Assembly: GCF_000172995.2 (NCBI RefSeq)
Contig: NC_014735.1
Span: 210,001-242,000, forward strand
Source of the DNA: Halogeometricum borinquense DSM 11551
GTDB lineage: Archaea > Halobacteriota > Halobacteria > Halobacteriales > Haloferacaceae
DNA length: 32,000 bases
Direction of reading: 5' to 3'
The translations under genes and the position numbers were made by a program. This document shows, in pieces, positions 25,895 through 32,000 of this stretch (the first letter of the stretch is position 1; each line of letters opens with the position of its first letter). Under the pieces are notes generated by a model. The model had not been told where the DNA came from, ran no database searches, and saw only the letters and a program-made list of their open reading frames with translations.

Positions 25895-26659
25895 ATGAGA
25901 CGAAGACGATTCATGACGGCGGTTGGAACGATAGCAGTCGGGTCGGGAACGGTCCTCGGAACGGGAGCGTTCGACGTGACATCCTCGAATAGCAACTCGC
26001 AGCTCTCGATTGTGACCGGTGGTGACGATGCGAATCTCGACATCGTCCCCGGCAGCGAGATCTCGGGTGTTACTATGGGAGACGATGTCGTCGAAAATCC
26101 CGACTCCTCTCTCGACTACTTCGACAGTAACGGGAACATCGTATTTGACAAGCTCACAATCGATGACCTCCCGATCGCTGTCGTCAACAATCCCGGGCAG
26201 GGGATGGTCAACATTCAGGTGGCAGTCGCGGCTGGTACCCCTGCCAGCAGTATCGATTTCGACGATATCATCGCAATCCAGAACAACGAGTCGAGCCAGA
26301 ACTACGAAGTCGGATTCACGTATTCGGGCTACGGCTCGGTCGTCGGCACGATCGTTCGGGGTGAAGAGATCAGCAAAAACGTCGCTCACGACGTGTTCGC
26401 CTTCGAGACGAGCGGCGGAGAGCAGATCTCTCCCGATGGGAGCGACGGGTCGTCGGCTACAAACTTAGTCCAGGTAGACAGCGGGAATCACCAGTTGGTC
26501 AACCTCCAAGTGAGTGCGGATAACAGCACACTGGTCGGTGCGTTCGGGGACGCTAATAACGGTCCTTACGCCGGAGCGGGTGACTTCTCGGACAGCGATG
26601 GGAACGGAACTCACGAGCCACTGATCACCGAAGTCACGGCAGGCGCAAACGAGGTGTGA
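25895..26659 (+). CDS. Secreted TasA-like-signal protein, paralogue 2
   Basis: ATG at 25895. MRRRRFMTAVGTIAVGSGTVLGTGAFDVTSSNSNSQLSIV. The mature protein is acidic and beta-rich. Confidence 0.7.
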   Translation: MRRRRFMTAVGTIAVGSGTVLGTGAFDVTSSNSNSQLSIVTGGDDANLDIVPGSEISGVTMGDDVVENPDSSLDYFDSNGNIVFDKLTIDDLPIAVVNNPGQGMVNIQVAVAAGTPASSIDFDDIIAIQNNESSQNYEVGFTYSGYGSVVGTIVRGEEISKNVAHDVFAFETSGGEQISPDGSDGSSATNLVQVDSGNHQLVNLQVSADNSTLVGAFGDANNGPYAGAGDFSDSDGNGTHEPLITEVTAGANEV

Positions 26660-26776
26660 GGCAGTCTGGATGGGGGGTAGAGAACAACGGAACGCCACTG
26701 CGGAACGATAGCCTGCGGAACATGCCGGCGACAGGGATGTTTCCTTCGGCAACGTCTTCCGCACGAACGTAACGAT

Positions 26777-27391
26777 ATGCTCACACGCCGACAGACCGTG
26801 ATCGGAATCAGCGGCTTCCTGATTACCGGTGGTATTATCAGTTCGGCGGCATCGGAAGTGACTAGTTCGAGTACGAATGCGAGTTTTAGCGTCGTCTACG
26901 AGCGTTCGATTACGCTGACGCCGGCTACCGATCCGCCAGTCCACGTTCAGACGAACGAGGCTGGCTACGTGACTGCCATCACCCCCGGCGAGGGGACGGG
27001 TGTCAGCCAGCGTGCGATAACGCGGTTCGAGGATATCGTCCGTGTGACGAACGTCGGGACCGTCGGTATCTCCGGACTCACATTCTCGTTTGCCGCGACG
27101 AGTGACACGCTGTCCGACGGCGTCCTCGCGGATATCGAGTCGGCGTTAGCCGTCACAGCGGACGGCGAGACGCTGTCTCCCGCTGGTGAATCTGGCGATA
27201 ATCTGTTGGAGATGAGCGAGCCAGACTCCGTTGCGGACGGCGTGCTCGACCCCGGCGAAAGCGTCCCGTTCGGAGTGCAGATTAACCTCGTCCCCGATAG
27301 CGGTCGTGGGACGCTCTCGGACCTCCCAGACGGCGAGTACGATATCGAACTCCGAATCGCTGTCGAGCGCGATGAGACTGCAGAATCGTAA
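26777..27391 (+). CDS. Secreted TasA-like-signal protein, paralogue 3
   Basis: ATG at 26777. MLTRRQTVIGISGFLITGGIISSAASEVTSSSTNASFSVV. Its first mature strand resembles that of the 25895 gene. Confidence 0.7.
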   Translation: MLTRRQTVIGISGFLITGGIISSAASEVTSSSTNASFSVVYERSITLTPATDPPVHVQTNEAGYVTAITPGEGTGVSQRAITRFEDIVRVTNVGTVGISGLTFSFAATSDTLSDGVLADIESALAVTADGETLSPAGESGDNLLEMSEPDSVADGVLDPGESVPFGVQINLVPDSGRGTLSDLPDGEYDIELRIAVERDETAES

Positions 27392-27445
27392 GTATCTGGC
27401 AATGAGAGAAACTATGTATCTGTTGGCACTATTCTCTCCTCATAG

Positions 27446-28012
27446 ATGGGTGGAAGTGGCCCCGGTACATTGCTCACTGAGCAGTCCGATGATGACGACG
27501 AACTTCATCGAGACGAGATATTCGACTTGATCAGTAATCGCCGTCGTCGCTACGCGATCCGGTACTGCAAAGAGGCCACCGGCCCCGTCTCACTGTCTGA
27601 TCTTGCAGAACACGTTGCAGCGTGGGAACACGAGAAAACGGTCGAAGAGATCACCTCGCGGGAGCGAAAAAGCGTCTATACATCGCTCCAGCAGACGCAC
27701 CTTCCGAGGCTTGATCGCGCCGGTATCATCGAATTCGAAGACGGGGAAGTCGAGTTAACCGACCGCATCCAAAGCCTCGACATCTATCTCGATATCGTCC
27801 CCGAAAACTCCGTTTCGTGGGGCGTATACTATCTCGGTCTGTCTGTGCTCTCTTGTGTTATCATCGCCGCACTTTGGCTCGAGGTTCTTCCGACAGATTC
27901 GATTCCGATGCTCGTCTACCCGACGCTCATCGTGGTGTTGTTCACTGTCTCTGCGGTCTACCACACGGTGGATAACTATCGGTATCGGTTCGACGAAATC
28001 GAGCAGGAGTGA
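27446..28012 (+). CDS. Membrane-anchored winged-helix (ArsR-like) DNA-binding protein
   Basis: The N-terminal DEIFDLISNRRRRYAIRYCKEATGPVSLSDLAEHVAAWE...SLQQTHLPRLDRAGIIEF pattern is typical of a haloarchaeal wHTH family. Two C-terminal TM helices follow: VYYLGLSVLSCVIIAALWLEVL and MLVYPTLIVVLFTVSAVY. Confidence 0.75.
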   Translation: MGGSGPGTLLTEQSDDDDELHRDEIFDLISNRRRRYAIRYCKEATGPVSLSDLAEHVAAWEHEKTVEEITSRERKSVYTSLQQTHLPRLDRAGIIEFEDGEVELTDRIQSLDIYLDIVPENSVSWGVYYLGLSVLSCVIIAALWLEVLPTDSIPMLVYPTLIVVLFTVSAVYHTVDNYRYRFDEIEQE

Positions 28013-28036
28013 GACCCGTGTTGAGTCGGGTCTCGG

Positions 28037-29059
28037 CTATAAGTCCAACCAGACGTTGGTGTCGTCCTCGTCCGGTGCGTAATGGTAGATTTCGTCCCCG
28101 TCAATCACGGCGTACGCATCTAAATCCGGGTCGAAGATCACTCGCCGACCGGAGTCGATAGCAACGTCAACGAGGTCTTCGAGCGTCAGAATCGAGATGT
28201 ACTGCTTTTCGGATTCCGTCGGGAACTCTCCTCGTGAAATCCACTCGTCGTGCCGGTCGTGGATGATGTTCGTTCGGAGGCGCTCTGTATCGGCATCTCG
28301 TCCGACGTTGCGGGCGACAGCGGCCAAGCCGAAGAGGACCAGCCCTAGCACTCCAATGCCGCCGTATTCCAGCATCGTCGGTGGTTGCTGGATCTCTTTT
28401 GTGACGGGCGTCCGACGAGTTGTGTCTGCTTGCAGTCCGTCTTCGAGATAATACGCTTGCCCGGAGAGCGCAAGCGGTGAGCCGTCCTTGAGTGTTCCCT
28501 CGTAGCGGTCACTCTCGTAAGAGACGTTCAAGTCGAGTTCTACTTGGAACTGTCCGACGCCCCCAACTTCGGTTCGCATCTCTTGGAGTCGTTGTCTGAG
28601 AGCAGATGCGTTTATCGTCGCTTCGGCCGTCGCATTCCCGTCTGTGACGGTCGTCTGTCGGTCGATGAGCGTCCTGTTCGTTCGGTAAAACGGTTGATCC
28701 TCTCGATTACCGACGATTTCCATAGTGAGTTGTTGGGTGAGCTTCACCCGCTGGTCCGGTGGCACTGACGTTCGAACCTGAAACGTGACGTTTGGCGTCG
28801 CGGAGATGAAGTATACAGATCGGTTCTGTAGTGTTTCGCCTCGTTCGTAGAGCGTCGTGTTCCCCGTCACAACGGCACTCGTTTTCACATCCGTCTCGAA
28901 CGTTTGGAGGTTCGTGTCCTCCGAAACAACTGTTGTCGTCGGCGTGAGAAAGATGTAGCCTGCGGCAATAAGACAGATAATACCGGCCAGTACGAGTACC
29001 GCAACTAGCTCACGGGTCTGGCGTGCGACAAAGAGTTTGACGCGGTCTTCAAACGCCAT
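28037..29059 (-). CDS. Two-TM membrane protein with a ~190-aa extracytoplasmic domain and an ~85-aa cytoplasmic tail (possibly DUF5305-like; unverified)
   Basis: ATG at 29059. TM1 is LVAVLVLAGIICLIAAGYIFL and TM2 is YGGIGVLGLVLFGLAAVA. The middle domain contains sequons (NTT, NRS, NVT, NRT, NAT, NAS, NVS). Confidence 0.7.
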   Translation of the reverse strand: MAFEDRVKLFVARQTRELVAVLVLAGIICLIAAGYIFLTPTTTVVSEDTNLQTFETDVKTSAVVTGNTTLYERGETLQNRSVYFISATPNVTFQVRTSVPPDQRVKLTQQLTMEIVGNREDQPFYRTNRTLIDRQTTVTDGNATAEATINASALRQRLQEMRTEVGGVGQFQVELDLNVSYESDRYEGTLKDGSPLALSGQAYYLEDGLQADTTRRTPVTKEIQQPPTMLEYGGIGVLGLVLFGLAAVARNVGRDADTERLRTNIIHDRHDEWISRGEFPTESEKQYISILTLEDLVDVAIDSGRRVIFDPDLDAYAVIDGDEIYHYAPDEDDTNVWLDL

Positions 29060-29229
29060 CTATCGAGCAACGACCCCCCGTGTAATCGTCCCGCGTTTCA
29101 GCATTACTTTTCACATCCACAAGCGGTTATAAAACAGTTACCCACCTTGTCTTTGCCATTCGAGGGAAATTCGCTGGCCGTGCAGTCGATTGGCGAAGAT
29201 ATTTGCCCTTCGTCTCAGTCGATATACAT

Positions 29230-30129
29230 ATGCAGCGTACGAGTCCCGGAGAATACCTCCACGAGTTATATCGACGGTTTGTCGGGCCGGTAGAGGACAG
29301 CCGCACCGTCTATGCGGGTTTTGGCCTCTTTTTCACCGGCGTCGGTCTCGTCATCGTTTCGATTGCCGCGTTTCTTTGGAGTACGACGGTTCCCCCCGGT
29401 GAGACGGTTAAATACGTCTTCCGGGAACTAGCGGTTGCAACTGGTGCGACGGGGATTCCGCTCGTCCTTCTCGCTGTGACTGTCCTGTTGCCCGTCTCGC
29501 GCCGTATCGCTGCCGTCGGTGCGCTCGGATTCGGTGCCTGCGTCGCTGCAACGGTGCGTTTCACGCAGATCTACTGGCAACACTGGTTCCAAAACAGTAG
29601 TTTCGTCGTCGGTCTCTATGCACTCGGGGCTGTCATCGTCGTTGCGACCGCCGGCACTGCCCTCTCGGGCTACCGTGTCGAACGGGCAATCGAGCACGAT
29701 GTTCCGGCACGAAGCGAGATTGCGGGCGAGGAAACTGGTGATGACGCCGGTAACGACGGTGAGTCGTACAGCGACGAAGAGATTCAGCGCGATATCGAGG
29801 CTGCGATGGACAGTGTCGATCTCAACTGGGGCGGTGTCGAACGCGATGACGGTGAGCGACTCACACTTACCGAGTCGGACGATACCGTCGAGCAGGTGAG
29901 TCTTGCGAACGCGAAAGTGAACGAGGCTCACGGCGAAAGCGTTGATGCTGCAGTCAATGGCCTCCGCGGATTGCGAGGTGGTGAAAAAAAGACTGCCAGC
30001 GGCGCTGGAACCGACGACCAAGCATCGGCACTCCAAGAGTTGCGTGCGGCACAGCAAGAACAAGAAGAGAGGAACGAAGCGCAGACGAGCGATGGACTTC
30101 TCGGCAGCATTCGTTCGTTGTTCCGATAA
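29230..30129 (+). CDS. Four-TM membrane protein with an acidic cytoplasmic C-terminal half
   Basis: ATG at 29230 (the track start at 29203 is TTG). TM segments are FGLFFTGVGLVIVSIAAFLW, GATGIPLVLLAVTVLLPV, AAVGALGFGACVAATV and VVGLYALGAVIVVATAGTAL. Confidence 0.65.
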   Translation: MQRTSPGEYLHELYRRFVGPVEDSRTVYAGFGLFFTGVGLVIVSIAAFLWSTTVPPGETVKYVFRELAVATGATGIPLVLLAVTVLLPVSRRIAAVGALGFGACVAATVRFTQIYWQHWFQNSSFVVGLYALGAVIVVATAGTALSGYRVERAIEHDVPARSEIAGEETGDDAGNDGESYSDEEIQRDIEAAMDSVDLNWGGVERDDGERLTLTESDDTVEQVSLANAKVNEAHGESVDAAVNGLRGLRGGEKKTASGAGTDDQASALQELRAAQQEQEERNEAQTSDGLLGSIRSLFR

Positions 30130-30430
30130 CGTTCTTCGTTCTGATTCTTAGACTCGCAGTCCAAATCTGTTGCTTGGCCGATTATTGACGGATTTTGATC
30201 ATTTCATCTCACCGCCTATCATGAGTGAGAACTCTCTCACGAACTGACTGATCGGTTTCCCGTGATTCATTCTCTAGTCGCGGTACGGCGGCGGGATAAA
30301 TCGTTTCTGGGTGCCCCCGCCAACCGGCCGCGAACGCGAGTGAGGAGCGACGGTAGATCCCGTACGAGACCTATTTATGTAGCCATTCAGTATAATCAAG
30401 ATTTTTGTACAGTCACTATGACTTACATAT

Positions 30431-31618
30431 ATGGCCAAAGGTCTAGACGTCGGTACCATGAACATCCTCTCGTCCACGCCGGACGAGACGGGGACGAAGT
30501 TCGTACAACAGCGGAATTCGTTCGTCGAAATCGAGTACAGCGACATGGCTGAACAGATGCTGTCGCGCAGTGACGTTTTGCACATCCGCAAGGACGACAA
30601 AGTCTACGTCGTCGGCGACGATGCGCTCAACTTCGCGAACATCTTCAACAAAGAGACGCGGCGGCCCATGGAGCAGGGAATCCTTTCGAGCGAGGAGGCC
30701 TCTGCAATCCCGATGATCAAGCTCATCACCGAACAGGTGGTCGGGACGGCGAACCAGCCCGGCGAAAAGCTGTTCTTCTCGTCACCGGCGGATCCTATCG
30801 ACTCGGACGTCTCTACACTGTACCATCAGAAAACGCTCGAATCTATGCTCTCGGAGATGGGATTCGATCCGGAACCGATCAACGAGGGGATGGCAGTAAT
30901 CTACAGTGAACTGGCTGATAACAACTTCACTGGACTCGGTGTCTCCTTCGGTGCCGGGATGACGAACATCTGCCTTTCGTACTACGCCGTCCCCGTAATG
31001 AAGTTCTCCATCGCCCGCGGGGGCGACTGGATCGACAAGCAGGCGGCGCAGGCGACGGGCACGCCGGTTGACAAAGTTACCTCGATCAAAGAAGACGATT
31101 TCGTCCTCGACTTCCGAACGGATGTCGGCGGAATTGAAGGTGCGCTCTCCATCTACTACGAGAATCTTCTCGATTATGTCGTCGAGAATATCGCAGCGCA
31201 GGTGGACGAAGGAGACGTTGAGGAAGAACTCGACGTCCCCGTCGTCGTTACCGGCGGGACGTCCCGCCCCGATGGCTTCGAGGAACTGTTCGCAAAGCAC
31301 CTCGAAGATGTCGAGATCCCCTTCTCGATAAGCGACGTTCAGAGCGTCGATGACCCACTGTACAGTGTCGCACGTGGTGCGCTCGTCGCGGCTCGCTCCG
31401 AAGAAGGATCTGACGAGCCAGCGGCACAATCGACGTCGTCTTCTGGCACGCGTTCGTCGTCCGGCAAGCGTTCGTCTGCCAGCAAACGTTCGTCGTCTAC
31501 GAGCACGAGTACGTCATCTAGCAGTACGTCGTCTACGAGTACGCCGTCTACTAATTCATCGTCTGCCGATAACAGCACGTCTACCAGCGAGAGTGCATCG
31601 TCCGGCGGCGAGGACTAA
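30431..31618 (+). CDS. Actin-fold (ASKHA) cytoskeletal-type protein, resembling the haloarchaeal volactin/salactin family, with a 73-aa Ser/Thr-rich C-terminal tail
   Basis: Phosphate-1 GLDVGTMN, phosphate-2 [13 protein letters not shown], adenosine motif [14 protein letters not shown], and connect-like [13 protein letters not shown]. The tail is at residues ~323-395 (nt 31397-31615). Confidence 0.85.
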   Translation: MAKGLDVGTMNILSSTPDETGTKFVQQRNSFVEIEYSDMAEQMLSRSDVLHIRKDDKVYVVGDDALNFANIFNKETRRPMEQGILSSEEASAIPMIKLITEQVVGTANQPGEKLFFSSPADPIDSDVSTLYHQKTLESMLSEMGFDPEPINEGMAVIYSELADNNFTGLGVSFGAGMTNICLSYYAVPVMKFSIARGGDWIDKQAAQATGTPVDKVTSIKEDDFVLDFRTDVGGIEGALSIYYENLLDYVVENIAAQVDEGDVEEELDVPVVVTGGTSRPDGFEELFAKHLEDVEIPFSISDVQSVDDPLYSVARGALVAARSEEGSDEPAAQSTSSSGTRSSSGKRSSASKRSSSTSTSTSSSSTSSTSTPSTNSSSADNSTSTSESASSGGED

Positions 31619-31687
31619 CTCTCGTCAGCTACCGCCCTCACTGCGGTTTTCGCGTGGGTTCGAGGAGAAGCGCCGATTCGGTATGAA

Positions 31688-31999
31688 TCACTGACCGTCA
31701 CGTTCTTCGATCGAATTCGTGTCGCCTTCGGATATCGCTGATGTCATCTCGGAACGGCCGGCTGGCAGCGCTTTCGTCCGCGGTATCATCGCTATCGGTT
31801 CGTTCCGTTTGACTGGCTCCGACGGCGTGCGTTCTGTTTCGTTGACCTCTTCGGTTCTTGCTGGGGAAGCGCCCGCGTCGATATGGCGGTTTTTGAACCG
31901 TCGAATCGCATCGTCCCACGTCTCACGGGGTGTATCTGACGGTTCGTACTCGGATTCTACGTCGGCGTAGCGACATCGTTTACAATACACGGCCTCGCC
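31688..31999 (-). CDS. Small acidic protein with an N-terminal CxxC (probable zinc ribbon); the N-terminus may lie outside the window
   Basis: The frame stays open to the window edge (...GEAVYCKRCRY...), and the track start at 31990 is GTG. No family was recognised. Confidence 0.4.
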   Translation of the reverse strand, partial: GEAVYCKRCRYADVESEYEPSDTPRETWDDAIRRFKNRHIDAGASPARTEEVNETERTPSEPVKRNEPIAMIPRTKALPAGRSEMTSAISEGDTNSIEERDGQ

Positions 32000-32000
32000 T

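Noticed and set aside
25177-27391. Reading the RR-containing N-termini simply as standard Tat lipoprotein or secretion signals unrelated to the adjacent peptidase
   Set aside because: This is not fully rejected. However, there is no lipobox Cys, the G-T-G-A-F plus first-strand motif is shared across paralogues, and the genes are tightly linked to a non-housekeeping-looking S26 peptidase. These points favour a dedicated processing system. It is kept as a caveat in the main finding.
30262-30600. Small ORFs 30262-30552(+) and 30274-30600(-) upstream of and overlapping the actin-like gene start
   Set aside because: They overlap the well-supported actin-fold CDS and its AT-rich promoter region (TATAAT at 30391-30396, TTTATG at 30375-30380). 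They have basic, non-halophilic composition.

Overview
The window looks like a haloarchaeal chromosomal segment. Evidence for this: strongly acidic predicted proteins, a PGF-CTERM sorting signal, a HalX-type response regulator, GC-rich third codon positions over most of the window, and a haloarchaeal-type actin homologue.

Five blocks are visible:

1. 1 to ~8,380: a sharply AT-rich island, roughly 33-40% GC by eye against ~58-60% elsewhere. It holds one GT2 and three GT4 glycosyltransferases, two sulfatase-fold (alkaline-phosphatase superfamily) proteins, and a truncated membrane protein.
2. 8,391-18,241: GC-rich surface and glycan genes. These are a GT4, a sugar-1-phosphate nucleotidyltransferase, a PGF-CTERM secreted protein, a 1,822-aa subtilisin-like (S8) protease with a sequon-rich 10-aa tandem repeat array, and an NAD-dependent epimerase/dehydratase.
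3. 18,530-21,941: a CheY-HalX response regulator followed by an odd GC-rich stretch, an acidic protein with a P-loop-less RecA/KaiC-like domain, and an acidic coiled-coil zinc-ribbon protein.
4. 22,055-29,059: the most interesting part. A SipW/Sec11-type signal peptidase I with a long multi-TM C-terminal extension is surrounded by four secreted proteins with related TasA/camelysin-like N-terminal signals, one of them fused to a 43-aa-repeat beta-solenoid. A membrane-anchored winged-helix regulator and a 2-TM protein complete the block. This is a candidate extracellular fibre or matrix locus.
5. 29,230-31,618: a 4-TM protein and an actin-fold (volactin/salactin-like) protein with a Ser/Thr-rich tail.

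I recognised no rRNA, tRNA, CRISPR array, transposase or integrase. All family assignments come from motifs read by eye. None has been checked by HMM or BLAST.
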